IMG/VR virus record: IMGVR_UViG_3300042484_001840 | Coordinates: 1-64,000 of that record | Direction: 5' to 3' (one strand) | Length of the DNA: 64,000 nt | Origin: a virus | Part shown: piece after piece, positions 1 to 9,938 of the stretch | How the letters are laid out: each line of letters starts with the position of its first letter | How positions within the stretch are numbered: the first letter of the stretch is position 1 | Program-made: the position numbers and the translations under genes | Notes under the pieces: model-generated | The model's database searches: none | What the model saw: only the letters and a program-made list of their open reading frames with translations | What the model was told of the DNA's origin: nothing

Positions 1-496
1 CTCCAGCGCCACCTCGTAAATATGTGGGTCCACCACTGGCAGTTATTGAAAAACCACGAACAGCCTGATGAGGTTGTTTATAGTAATTAGCGCCACCTAG
101 AGCACTCGTTGGTGGAGTTGTGGTTGCTACAACGCCGTTTCCACCAAGACTATGCGTAACAGATACCGTTGCTGCGCCACCCTGTTGGATTGTTCCTGCC
201 GTGGACCACCCCGTGCCATCAGCCCATCCAATACGCGATGCATTACCAAGGGTTAATAGGTTTTGAACAAATATACGATAACCGTTAGGTTGGATTCTTA
301 CACTGTCACCAACAGACATGTTGTAACAATAAATATCTCTAGTTAAAGAGTAGACACTAGAAGAAGGTGCAAGACCCAAGGCTGTTGAACTGCCGTCAAA
401 GACAACAGAACCGTCATCGCCAGTGCCATAAACAACATCTGGCGCGTCAAGGAATTGAGCCAATCCGTTTGAACCATATTTGACTACAGCGGGCAT
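1..496 (-). CDS. Gly-rich virion/tail fibre-associated protein (partial, runs off the window start)
   Basis: ATG at 496 overlaps the TGA of the upstream gene. Manual translation begins MPAVVKYGSNGLAQFLDAPDVVYGTGDDGSVVFDG and ends ...TYLRGGAG, open to base 1. Not in the ORF track. Confidence 0.7.
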   Translation of the reverse strand, partial: MPAVVKYGSNGLAQFLDAPDVVYGTGDDGSVVFDGSSTALGLAPSSSVYSLTRDIYCYNMSVGDSVRIQPNGYRIFVQNLLTLGNASRIGWADGTGWSTAGTIQQGGAATVSVTHSLGGNGVVATTTPPTSALGGANYYKQPHQAVRGFSITASGGPTYLRGGAG

Positions 497-855
497 CAGG
501 TCTCCTCAATACCGACCACTGTCATATTAACAGATGTTGCAGAAGAACATAATGCCGTCAATTGGTCACTGTTTGTAGCGTTTGCTGTAGAACCGTTGTT
601 TGTCATAACCAAGGAACAGTTAAAGGAAATTGTCTCATTAGCCGCAATTGTCATGGCACTTAAAATATCGTGCGTAGCGGCTTCCGTGACATTTAATGGC
701 TTGAGGCGAACTGTCACCGTCTTTGCTGCTGCCGTGGTATTTGTCAAAATAATTTGCTTGACGACTGTCGTTGTACTGATGGGGACAGTGTAGTACACGG
801 CAGTTGAAGCCGTAAGTTGCGATGGTCCGACAAGTCTTTTCTGTGTTAAGGGCAT
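496..855 (-). CDS. small beta-rich virion structural protein (fibre-associated)
   Basis: 119 aa. The YTVP..TTTVVKQI.LTN pattern is typical of small phage fibre-accessory proteins. Coupled to both neighbours. Confidence 0.65.
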   Translation of the reverse strand: MPLTQKRLVGPSQLTASTAVYYTVPISTTTVVKQIILTNTTAAAKTVTVRLKPLNVTEAATHDILSAMTIAANETISFNCSLVMTNNGSTANATNSDQLTALCSSATSVNMTVVGIEET

Positions 856-3800
856 TACATAACCTCCATTATAAATCTCATTTCAGCATCACGCACATTC
901 GTTGTCAAAGCAACAGTACCAGTAGCATTGGGTAAAGTAATTGTTCTATCGGCAGTTGGGTCAGTAACGCTTAGGGTTGTTTCGTAAGTATTCGCAGTTG
1001 CGCCTTCAAAAATAACTGAACCTGTTAAGGCAATATTGCCGTCAACATCTAGTTTTTCAGCAGGGTCGTATTTGCCAATACCCACACGATGGTTAGTAGC
1101 ATCAACTTTTAATGTTGTGGAACTTATCCCAGCCCCATCAACTCTTAGGTCTCCTTCTAATACAAGACCAGTTGAGGTGTCATATAAAAGGTTTGCACTG
1201 CCTGCGGGATTGTTTGAACTATCTTTGTAAACGACCTGATACGCATCACCAGCAACAGGACCTGTTGCACCTGAGGGTCCCTGCGCTCCAATTGCTCCCT
1301 GCGGACCCGTATCACCTTGAGGTCCAGTATTACCATTTGTGCCATTCATGCCAGGATAGCCCTCTGGACCTTGTGGTCCAGTTGCACCCGTTGGTCCTGC
1401 TGGGCCTTGCGCTCCCGTTGCTCCCTGAGGTCCAGTATCTCCCGTTGGACCAGCATCCCCCGTGGCACCTGTTGGTCCTACTGGACCCTGCGCTCCCGTT
1501 GCTCCCTGAGGTCCAGTATCTCCCGTAGCACCCGTAGGACCCGAAGGACCCTGCGCTCCCGTTGCCCCCTGAGGACCTTGCGCTCCAACATCGCCAGTAC
1601 GAGCAAAAGTAATAATGATGCTCTCACTATTACTAAACGCCGTAGCAGAACCTGAAACATACGAACAGTCAACATCAAAGAAGCCTGTTTCTTCCGTGAC
1701 AGCAGAAATGGTAAACAAAGCAAAATCTGATGAATCAGCCTTATTAGAAATACGGAAGTGACCCTTTATCGTACTTGTTGAGTCGTCAATAGTTCTTAGA
1801 TATGACTGAATGTCAGTTGCGTTGACATCAACATCGTCAATTTTTAGTTCTGAAGCAAGACTGATGTTTGCGTTGCTGAATTTAAGTTTTCCTGTACCAG
1901 GATCGGTATGTGCTGTATCGGTATCAAATACATATTCAAATGTGATTCCGCCAAAGTTGCCTTGGGCACCTTGTGGTCCTGTTGCGCCTTGGCTTCCTGT
2001 CGCGCCTTGAGCGCCCACATCACCTTGCGGACCCTGAGGACCCGTAGAACCTTGTGCGCCAGTGGCTCCTTGCGAGCCAGTTGCACCTTGGCTTCCAGTT
2101 GCGCCTTGCGGTCCGACATCACCTTGTGGACCAGTCGCGCCCTGAGCGCCTGTAGCACCTTGTGGTCCAGTCGCCCCCTGTGCGCCTTGAGGTCCAGCAT
2201 CACCTTGCGGTCCTGTCGCTCCCTGACTTCCAGTAGCACCCTGCGCTCCCGTAGCGCCCTGTGGACCTTGCACGCCCTGTGGACCCGTCGCCCCCTGAGC
2301 ACCAGTGGCTCCTTGCGAACCAGTCGCACCCTGAGGACCAGACTCCCCCTGAGGTCCTTGTGAGCCAGTTGCGCCCTGAGGTCCAGTTGAACCTTGCGCA
2401 CCTGTAGCCCCCTGAGCGCCAGTTGCACCCTGAGGTCCTTCAGGTCCCTGACTGCCAGTAGCGCCCTGTGCTCCAGTACTACCCTGAGGTCCTGTCGCTC
2501 CTTGGGCACCCTGACTACCCGTTGAACCCTGTGGTCCAGTACTGCCTTGCGGACCTTGGGCACCCTGTGCGCCCATTTCTGCAATAAGAGTCCAGAATGT
2601 TCCTTCTACGGGCGTATCGCCAGTGTTGCCCCCATTTGCATTAATGCGGTACCAAGTCTCGCCGTTATATGTGGCAACATCACCAATCGCATAAGAAGAT
2701 CCAATATTGTACGCACCAGTAAAATTCCATAAGGCGTTAGCCCCCTGTGGTCCCTGAGCGCCCTGCGGACCAGTACTGCCCTGTGGACCCGTACTTCCTT
2801 GAGGACCCTGCGAACCCGTAGCACCCTGACTACCAGTTACTCCTTGAGCGCCCGTACTACCCTGCGGACCAACATCACCTTGAGGACCAGTCGCACCCTG
2901 ACTACCCGTCGCACCTTGCGCTCCAGTTGCTCCCTGAGGACCTTGCGCTCCTTGAGCGCCTTGAGGACCGACAGCAGTGGTAGGAACAAACTTGGTGCCA
3001 TTAAAAACTAGGGCTTGAGCACTTGTTGCGCCAGTCGGGTCAATCTCAATACTGTCAACGGTCAAGGTACTTGAAGACAATGCTCCAGTAACTGTAAGTG
3101 ATGTTGCATTTCGTGAGCCGTCTGCAAGAAGGTACTGAGTATGGTCGTCGTCGCTAAGACCAGTGAGAGAACCGTGGTCAGATACTGGCTCTGTTGGTAC
3201 GCCACCACCAGAAACAATAGAGCGCACATCCGTTACAGCAACAAACGCTGCACTTGGCGTATTTTCAAATGAATTTTTACACTCATAAATAATTTTATAA
3301 AGAGGTCTAAATTCAACAATAGGGAACCCAGCCAAGTCTAGGTCACTATAAATAGCCGCTTCAGCAGCGCTCTTTTGACCATAACTATTTTGACCAAGAA
3401 TTGAAATTACTGGATAGTTAAGATTGTTAGTAGCAATGATGAATGACACACCAAAATAGTTGTTTTGAACATCAACGGTAGACCATGTACCAGCAGTATT
3501 TAAGTTATACCGAGGGCGAGATGTACCCTGCTTTAACGGGAATTGTGTTGGCGCATCATGTTTCCAATGCGCATTAGTGCGATAAAAAACAGGGATTTCA
3601 GCAATACCTTGAAGAACTTGTTCCCAAGTATTTGCTGTAGGTGTATTTGAATGTGTGATGTCAACTTGTAAATCTTCATCAAAGAAAGTTCCGTCAGCGA
3701 TATCTAGTTGAGCGTGAGAATCTAGCGAACCATTACCATCAAGAATATAGTTGTTCGCGCCAAATCCGTTGGCGATAGCCGCGCCACGAGTTCTGTGAAG

Positions 3801-4472
3801 ATACTCGTGTGTTTGCCAGTCAAGAACAATGCCGTGGCGTTCATCAGCAAAGAAGTATGCTTTGTTGTCTACTTCATTCCAGTAAATATATGCGGTAGGG
3901 GTGTCGTTTTCCCAATCAAAATATGATGTGCGATACGAAAGAACACCAGTATTGCTGTAATAAATATAGTAAAGACCACTCGTGTCAGGAATGTCAACAG
4001 TTTCCGTAGTTGTTTTCGTATATTTGACACCCTTGCACCAGACTTCAAATGATGCTGAAACTGGGGAGATTGAGAATCGTCGGTTGCCTTCATCAAAAGC
4101 AATAGTGCTTTGCGACTTATCAGTATGACCAATTGGTTCTCCACCAGGAAGATTGACTGGGGCAGTACCTGGAGCGAACTTAGTACCGTTATAAACAAGC
4201 GTGTTGCCTGTAGCCGCACCAGTTGTATCTACTTCAATACTGTCAACATAAAGCGTAGGAACTTTAAGGGTGTCGTCAGTCTTTAAAACATTGGCAGAGT
4301 CACGATAAATGTTGGTATCAACAGCATCAGTTCCATTACCCCACGAAATTTTTCCGCCAGCATCAATACTGAGGCGAGGATTAGCATCACCATTAACGCC
4401 AACATCTATGGCGGTGTCTGCTGCTGTACTAAAAAATCGTGCGCGGATAGCCGCGAAAAACTTGTTTGCCAT
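855..4472 (-). CDS. collagen-like tail fibre/spike protein
   Basis: 1205 aa. Three Gly-X-Y tracts ([12 protein letters not shown]), an [15 protein letters not shown] fibre motif and a C-terminal [18 protein letters not shown] fibre motif. Confidence 0.85.
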   Translation of the reverse strand: MANKFFAAIRARFFSTAADTAIDVGVNGDANPRLSIDAGGKISWGNGTDAVDTNIYRDSANVLKTDDTLKVPTLYVDSIEVDTTGAATGNTLVYNGTKFAPGTAPVNLPGGEPIGHTDKSQSTIAFDEGNRRFSISPVSASFEVWCKGVKYTKTTTETVDIPDTSGLYYIYYSNTGVLSYRTSYFDWENDTPTAYIYWNEVDNKAYFFADERHGIVLDWQTHEYLHRTRGAAIANGFGANNYILDGNGSLDSHAQLDIADGTFFDEDLQVDITHSNTPTANTWEQVLQGIAEIPVFYRTNAHWKHDAPTQFPLKQGTSRPRYNLNTAGTWSTVDVQNNYFGVSFIIATNNLNYPVISILGQNSYGQKSAAEAAIYSDLDLAGFPIVEFRPLYKIIYECKNSFENTPSAAFVAVTDVRSIVSGGGVPTEPVSDHGSLTGLSDDDHTQYLLADGSRNATSLTVTGALSSSTLTVDSIEIDPTGATSAQALVFNGTKFVPTTAVGPQGAQGAQGPQGATGAQGATGSQGATGPQGDVGPQGSTGAQGVTGSQGATGSQGPQGSTGPQGSTGPQGAQGPQGANALWNFTGAYNIGSSYAIGDVATYNGETWYRINANGGNTGDTPVEGTFWTLIAEMGAQGAQGPQGSTGPQGSTGSQGAQGATGPQGSTGAQGATGSQGPEGPQGATGAQGATGAQGSTGPQGATGSQGPQGESGPQGATGSQGATGAQGATGPQGVQGPQGATGAQGATGSQGATGPQGDAGPQGAQGATGPQGATGAQGATGPQGDVGPQGATGSQGATGSQGATGAQGSTGPQGPQGDVGAQGATGSQGATGPQGAQGNFGGITFEYVFDTDTAHTDPGTGKLKFSNANISLASELKIDDVDVNATDIQSYLRTIDDSTSTIKGHFRISNKADSSDFALFTISAVTEETGFFDVDCSYVSGSATAFSNSESIIITFARTGDVGAQGPQGATGAQGPSGPTGATGDTGPQGATGAQGPVGPTGATGDAGPTGDTGPQGATGAQGPAGPTGATGPQGPEGYPGMNGTNGNTGPQGDTGPQGAIGAQGPSGATGPVAGDAYQVVYKDSSNNPAGSANLLYDTSTGLVLEGDLRVDGAGISSTTLKVDATNHRVGIGKYDPAEKLDVDGNIALTGSVIFEGATANTYETTLSVTDPTADRTITLPNATGTVALTTNVRDAEMRFIMEVM
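1260..2970 (-). repeat. Gly-X-Y collagen coding repeats (about 1260-1595, 1960-2570, 2740-2970)
   Basis: Degenerate 9/18-bp tandem repeats such as ccctgaggacc and ccttgcgc encoding GPQ/GAT/GAQ. Confidence 0.9.
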
Positions 4473-4515
4473 TGAGCCTCAACTCAAAATAGGTGACCCC
4501 GCAAGGTCTATAATT

Positions 4516-5853
4516 TTAGCCTGTTACTACTACTCGGTAAGAAGAAGCACCAGGCGCGACACTGAAAGTAACTTGAACTCTGTTGACCGAGGACCGAACA
4601 ACATCTGTAAAAACAGTGTCGTACGAGGCTGAGTCAAAAACTTGAACTGTGACATCGCGCGTATTGAAGTTGTGGTCAATATCAAATGTTGTCGCAACGC
4701 CAGTTACTGTTTGCGAAGCAACACGAGCCAATGCTGGGGTGTTGGTTGTGCCTCCAGTGATGTCGCCAGCAAGGTTAGTTCGTGCGCCACCAGCAGTACC
4801 TGAGCCAGTACCACCATCTGCGACAGCAATATCAGTGCCGTTCCATGTACCAGTTGTGATGGTTCCAAGGGTTGTAATTGTTGCTTGACCAACATAGTTA
4901 GTTGAAATGTCAATTGCGTCAGACGAAACAGAAATACGGTTTTCTGTTCCGACGGCATCAATTTTGTTACCGTCTTTAGTTAAACCGTTTCCAGCAATAC
5001 TTTGACCAGCAGATGAGAACTGAACGAAAGTGAGGTTGGTCGTATTGAGGGTGATAGTGCCGTCTGTTGTAAGAACCCAACCCGAGTCAGACCATGCTGT
5101 TCCTTGCTCAATAAAAACAAACAAGCCCGGCGTAACTTCAGATGATGCGTTAGCGTCTGATGCTCGTGTTAAGACCCAAGGGTTTGAACCGTCACCAGCG
5201 TCAGTGACAGTGTAAATACCGTTATAGGGGGCATTGCTGGAAGTCTCATTTTTGACAAGGATACGAACACCCTCATCAACACCACGAGTCAATGTCGTTC
5301 CGTCAACAACTAGAGCGGCGTTTGCCGATGCTGTCAAAACATTAGATAAGAATGTGTATCCAGACAAAACAGCGTTAGTTGCCAATTTTGCTGATTGCTT
5401 GACATCTAGACCCGAGCGAGCAGCATCAACATATGCTTTGTTGGCTGCGTCAAGATCATTTTCTGGTGCCGTTACCTGTAGGCGACCATTAGCATCTCGC
5501 ACTGCCAAGGTTCCGTTTGTATTGGATGCTGTGGCATTATTTAATAGGGTGTAAAAAGCACTCGTTAAAAGACCAGCGTTGCTTCCGTCAGCAAGGTTGA
5601 GAGTGAGGGTGATTTCCCCCGCGTTGCTTTCGCCAACCGTCAGGGCGCTAGCGTAAGTTCCAGCGGATGTAACGCCATTGATAAGCGTTTCCCAAGCCGC
5701 ACCTGTGTAGTATTTTACAGCATCGTCGCCCGTATGGTAAAACATACGACCTTCAAATAGGTTGCTATCAGGATTAGCGCCAAGTTTTTCAAATGTACCA
5801 TTTAGAATCTGATTGCTATTCAGATCTAAATTTGTAAGAAATTTTGTTGCCAT
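4516..5853 (-). CDS. virion fibre/structural protein
   Basis: 445 aa. Motifs DAANKAYVD, NGIYTVT..W.LTRASDA, IAVADGGTG and C-terminal HNFNTRDVTVQV are common in phage fibre proteins. Confidence 0.75.
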   Translation of the reverse strand: MATKFLTNLDLNSNQILNGTFEKLGANPDSNLFEGRMFYHTGDDAVKYYTGAAWETLINGVTSAGTYASALTVGESNAGEITLTLNLADGSNAGLLTSAFYTLLNNATASNTNGTLAVRDANGRLQVTAPENDLDAANKAYVDAARSGLDVKQSAKLATNAVLSGYTFLSNVLTASANAALVVDGTTLTRGVDEGVRILVKNETSSNAPYNGIYTVTDAGDGSNPWVLTRASDANASSEVTPGLFVFIEQGTAWSDSGWVLTTDGTITLNTTNLTFVQFSSAGQSIAGNGLTKDGNKIDAVGTENRISVSSDAIDISTNYVGQATITTLGTITTGTWNGTDIAVADGGTGSGTAGGARTNLAGDITGGTTNTPALARVASQTVTGVATTFDIDHNFNTRDVTVQVFDSASYDTVFTDVVRSSVNRVQVTFSVAPGASSYRVVVTG

Positions 5854-5865
5854 TGAATTTATCCT

Positions 5866-6351
5866 TTAGGTCAAATACGCATAGCCCGAAAAAGGCGCAG
5901 TAAAAGATACACGCACCTGAGATGTACTTATATATGATACTTCCCCAATAACCGTTGTAGATGCAGTATCAACCACAGTTACGCTTGGATACCCACCTAG
6001 GGTGTGATTAATGGTCCATGTGGAAGATGCTGATGCCTGAGTATGAACATGACGAGTTGTTGCACCGGGGATAAAAAATGGAGATGCAGGCCATCCTGAC
6101 GATGTTTTTGGTCCCCATAATGAACTATTTGTAGTATTTACATATATTTCACCAACTCTGCCAATGTTGGAGGTCGGGTTTGTGGTTCCAGTGACAATTC
6201 CAAGACCCTTTGACCCCGAAATGCCAACTAACGAAACAAGGACATTAGTAGTTTCCTCATTTACGGAAACAAGGTTGCGTAACTGGTCGGGGGCATTCTC
6301 AATATTTAGTTTTGTTACTTCTTGGACTACCGAGACATTGACATCGGTCAT
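5866..6351 (-). CDS. virion structural protein
   Basis: 161 aa with HTQASASSTWTINHTLGGYPSVTVVD, a common fibre-accessory domain. Confidence 0.65.
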   Translation of the reverse strand: MTDVNVSVVQEVTKLNIENAPDQLRNLVSVNEETTNVLVSLVGISGSKGLGIVTGTTNPTSNIGRVGEIYVNTTNSSLWGPKTSSGWPASPFFIPGATTRHVHTQASASSTWTINHTLGGYPSVTVVDTASTTVIGEVSYISTSQVRVSFTAPFSGYAYLT

Positions 6352-6695
6352 CTAGTGACCTCTAATTCAAGTTTTATTTTACCTTTTAAGATGCGAAACA
6401 CTCTACTTTGTGCGTCAACGATCTCAATGTCGTACACGCCATCCGAAGTCATCAGGGCAGTATCCGCGGCAAGGATAACTAAAGTAACTGTACCTTCATC
6501 GCCACCGAGTGTAATTCCACCATTTGCGGTGGTTAGTGATTTGACGATAGTAGAAGAGTCAATTTCTGTTCTAATTTGCATACGAGCGGTAAAGCCCGTC
6601 AAATCATATATTGAATCATCGGAATTAGTTATAGTTACAACACGCTCAAAATGAGCGCCCTGGTCAATTGTAAAGTTATAATTGCCAGCAAGCAC
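6348..6695 (-). CDS. baseplate/fibre attachment protein (BppU/LtfC-like Ig fold)
   Basis: Pattern YNFTIDQGA.F...DLTGFTARMQIR...GVYDIEI...RILKGKI. Start moved to GTG 6695 behind a GGAGG RBS. Confidence 0.65.
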   Translation of the reverse strand: MLAGNYNFTIDQGAHFERVVTITNSDDSIYDLTGFTARMQIRTEIDSSTIVKSLTTANGGITLGGDEGTVTLVILAADTALMTSDGVYDIEIVDAQSRVFRILKGKIKLELEVTR

Positions 6696-6765
6696 ACTAA
6701 ACCTCCAAAACAATGGCTACAACTAATTCTAGCCCTAAATGTGACAGTTTTACAGCATATAAGCA

Positions 6766-6796
6766 AACGGAGCGGTCAGGAGGGTACCGCTCCGTT
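6766..6796 (-). terminator. stem-loop, probable terminator after the 88-aa gene
   Basis: Perfect 11-bp inverted repeat aacggagcggt/accgctccgtt with a 9-nt loop; weak U-tract on the minus strand. Confidence 0.5.
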
Positions 6797-6817
6797 GCTC
6801 TCCTTGTCGGGAGGACC

Positions 6818-7084
6818 TTATTCTTCGTCGGTATCTTCGTCTAGGTCATCATTATCGCTATAAAAGAATGATGCATCTAATTCTCTAGTCATCATAATTT
6901 CTCTGGCACAATCAAGCATTCCCGTACCAAGCCAAGTAGTCATCCCATCGGATGTCCCAAGGTGAAGGTCGCGAGAATCATTATCAAGTACTTCGGCAAT
7001 AATGATCCAGTTTGTGATCATTTGCTCTGGGAACGCCTCGGATATTAGACCCTGTAGATCTTTATCATCGTAAGGATTTCCCAT
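6818..7084 (-). CDS. small acidic hypothetical protein
   Basis: 88 aa. TGCTAAAAT lies 6 nt before the ATG, suggesting leaderless expression. Confidence 0.6.
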   Translation of the reverse strand: MGNPYDDKDLQGLISEAFPEQMITNWIIIAEVLDNDSRDLHLGTSDGMTTWLGTGMLDCAREIMMTRELDASFFYSDNDDLDEDTDEE

Positions 7085-7129
7085 TTATATATTTTAGCAG
7101 TCAAATGAGACTAAAGAATTAAACTAAAA

Positions 7130-9937
7130 TCATGCCTGTACAATGAAAATCTTTCCACCACTAGGTCCAGTATCCCCAACGGTGTATGACCGATAAGCCA
7201 AAAATGAGCGTACAGGGCGTACAAAAGCATTTGTTGTTTTTGTTTGACCATTTAGACTACCAGTATCTATTCTTTGCGTCCATGCCAAGGATGAACTGTT
7301 GAGGTACTCAGTTGAAGTCCAGTATGCGCCAGTCTGAAGGTCACCAATAGCCTCCCTCTGAATACGCAATTGAGCAAATTCATCCTTTGATGGCAAAAAC
7401 CAGTCAGAATAACCGCCATAAACTAAATCTGCACAATACGCAGAGGCGTTAGTTGACGCAACACCACCAGTATCAGCAATGATATCTATTGTATTTTGCG
7501 CTCCAGTACCAATAGCAACGCCATCAGCGGCAGTCAGTCCCCCAGTATTCGCAACAATAAATGCCTCATCTAATGAGCCATCACTATTTAGGCGAGCAAT
7601 AAAGTCAGTTATGGTAGTGCCAATTGTTACAAAAGTACCACCAATAATAATTTTTCCACTAGACTGAATTTCCACACCTTGGACACCCGCACTAGGAGTG
7701 CCATTGCCAATGAATGATGTGTCCAATGAGCCATTGCTATTCAGACGAACAAGATTGTTTGCTGTCGTGTCATTGAATGCAGTAAAATTTCCACCTACAA
7801 CTATTTTACCGTCAGACTGAATTCCCATATCATAAACACCAAGAGTTGCAGTAAATCCAGTACCAGCATTTGTAGTAAATGCGGTATCTAATGAGCCATC
7901 GCTATTCAGTCTTGCAATTCTATTTACGGTAGTCCCATTGAATGAAGTTATACCGCCACCTACTAATATTTTACCATCAGACTGAATTTGTATTACAAAA
8001 ACAGTGTTAATAAATCCAGTACCAGCAGCGGCAACGAAATCGGTGTCTAATGAACCACCACTATTTAGACGAGTTAAATACCTTGTAGTAGTTCCATCAA
8101 ATGTAGTAAAATATCCACCTACAACTATTTTACCGTCAGACTGAATTTTAATTGCTGAAACAATGTAATTAAATCCAGCACCAGTAGCAGTATCAAAATC
8201 AGTATCTAATGAACCATTACTATTTAGGCGAGTTAAATAATTTACGGTAGTTCCGTTGAATGTAGTAAATTGACCACCTACAACTATTTTGCCGTCAGAC
8301 TGAATTTCAATTGCTTCAACAACGCCATTAAATCCAGTACCAGTGTTAGTTGTAAAAGTTGTATCTAAAGTGCCATCAGAATTTAAGCGAACAATACGAC
8401 CTACGGTAGTTCCATTGAATGTCGTGAAAGAACCACCTACAAGTATTTTTCCGTCAGACTGAATTGCTATATAACTAACGGAGTGACTAAATCCAGTACC
8501 AGTAGTAAACGAGTTATCTAATGAGCCATCGCTATTCAGGCGAATTAAACAATTTACAATTATATTATTGAATGAAGTAAAACCACCACCAACAAGTATT
8601 CTTCCGTCAGACTGCGTTTTAGTTATATAAACGACCAGATTGGCACCCGCCTCAACCACACCAGAAGATGGTGCCCAAAGTCTAGTTACTTCTTGAGAGG
8701 CTGGCGCAACTTCAAAACATGTTATTGGAGTAAAAAATTCCTTACAGATGTGTTGAATCGTAAAACCCATTGGGCGTGATTTTTCTACAGCATTAATCAC
8801 TGTCTCGGAGTCTTCTAAGACAACCCCACCTGGAGTTTCCGATGTATATGTTTCAAGGGTAATAGTCCACGGGTTGACAATTGGATCTACTATATAATTT
8901 ACGGTTTTCGTGCCAGTAAGAACAGTTTGAGCAGATTCAATGATTGCAGTCTTTGTTCCAGCGTTGTGACCTATTCTTGCTGTCGTAATCTGATCTCGTC
9001 GCCCTTGGACAAAGTTGTTGTCAGAAGTATCGTATGACTCAATTTCATCCCAATCCGCCGTAGCGTTACCGTCAGCAGGATCGTCTATTAATGATACAAA
9101 AGAAGCCCATGTAGTTGGCAAGTTACCCCACGGAGTAGAGCCACCAGCAGATTGACTGAGTTTTGTGCCAACAATCTGGGCAAGCCAAGGAAGGAATTCC
9201 TTGTTCGCTACTTGTGGTTCAACTAAAGAACTTTTTGTTGAGTTGTCCGTTGCGTCATATCCGCCATCAATATCCAAATAGGGGAATGAGTCAAGTTCGT
9301 CAACTGCCTTACCTGCATAAGCCAAACCAACATCCATGAGCCTTAGCATGGGGAAATTGGGCGCTGTTTGCTCCGAGTCTTTTTCTATAAAAAATACTGG
9401 CATCCGTTCCATGCACATACGCAAAAAGAGGTTATTTCTAATTGCATAGGTGTTAGTCAAAACTGGGTGGGCTAAATAAATTGCTGAGTTATTGTGATTT
9501 ACAATTTGGATTGTTGTGGTGAAACCAGTATTTCCCTCAGTTGGGGGGACTACGATCTCTGGTCCACGAACAATTCCCCATGTGAGGGCGTTTAATACTG
9601 TTGTGACTGAACTGCTATCGCCATACGAAGAAGTGACAGTTACGGTTGCGGTTACTTTAGACTCACAATAGATGCGACCATAAAATGTAATGAAGTCATT
9701 CTTGTACGAAGATGGTAATTGAATCTGTTCGTGTTGTAATGTTACTTGACTAGAGGACGATGGGGTCACCTTTAGCGTATGGTATTGATTTTTAAATCTA
9801 AATGAAAAATCAACACTTGATGTTCCATTTGTGGTTTGCCAAGTTCCAGTAGATGTATTGAAATAAAAATCTTCTGGATCAAGTAAATTTCTACAACTAC
9901 CACTTAGGCTTTCCGCAGCATCAGAACTAGTAGCCAT
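7130..9937 (-). CDS. baseplate wedge/tail protein (P2 gpI-like) with 7 delta-60 repeats and an Lcl/DUF1566 C-type-lectin-like domain
   Basis: FLPWLAQIVG and AGTKTAI (gpI-like); seven QSDGKI(L/V)VGG-type repeats; GGYSDWFLPSKDE..YWTSTE..VRPVRSF. Confidence 0.75.
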   Translation of the reverse strand: MATSSDAAESLSGSCRNLLDPEDFYFNTSTGTWQTTNGTSSVDFSFRFKNQYHTLKVTPSSSSQVTLQHEQIQLPSSYKNDFITFYGRIYCESKVTATVTVTSSYGDSSSVTTVLNALTWGIVRGPEIVVPPTEGNTGFTTTIQIVNHNNSAIYLAHPVLTNTYAIRNNLFLRMCMERMPVFFIEKDSEQTAPNFPMLRLMDVGLAYAGKAVDELDSFPYLDIDGGYDATDNSTKSSLVEPQVANKEFLPWLAQIVGTKLSQSAGGSTPWGNLPTTWASFVSLIDDPADGNATADWDEIESYDTSDNNFVQGRRDQITTARIGHNAGTKTAIIESAQTVLTGTKTVNYIVDPIVNPWTITLETYTSETPGGVVLEDSETVINAVEKSRPMGFTIQHICKEFFTPITCFEVAPASQEVTRLWAPSSGVVEAGANLVVYITKTQSDGRILVGGGFTSFNNIIVNCLIRLNSDGSLDNSFTTGTGFSHSVSYIAIQSDGKILVGGSFTTFNGTTVGRIVRLNSDGTLDTTFTTNTGTGFNGVVEAIEIQSDGKIVVGGQFTTFNGTTVNYLTRLNSNGSLDTDFDTATGAGFNYIVSAIKIQSDGKIVVGGYFTTFDGTTTRYLTRLNSGGSLDTDFVAAAGTGFINTVFVIQIQSDGKILVGGGITSFNGTTVNRIARLNSDGSLDTAFTTNAGTGFTATLGVYDMGIQSDGKIVVGGNFTAFNDTTANNLVRLNSNGSLDTSFIGNGTPSAGVQGVEIQSSGKIIIGGTFVTIGTTITDFIARLNSDGSLDEAFIVANTGGLTAADGVAIGTGAQNTIDIIADTGGVASTNASAYCADLVYGGYSDWFLPSKDEFAQLRIQREAIGDLQTGAYWTSTEYLNSSSLAWTQRIDTGSLNGQTKTTNAFVRPVRSFLAYRSYTVGDTGPSGGKIFIVQA

Positions 9938-9938
9938 A

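Noticed and set aside
1112-3011. Alternative-frame and antisense ORFs, e.g. 1844..2584
   Set aside because: They are by-products of stop-poor collagen repeats.
7130-7500. Diversity-generating retroelement target (Lcl/CLec domain)
   Set aside because: No reverse transcriptase and no second near-copy (template repeat) seen in the window. It could exist elsewhere in the genome.
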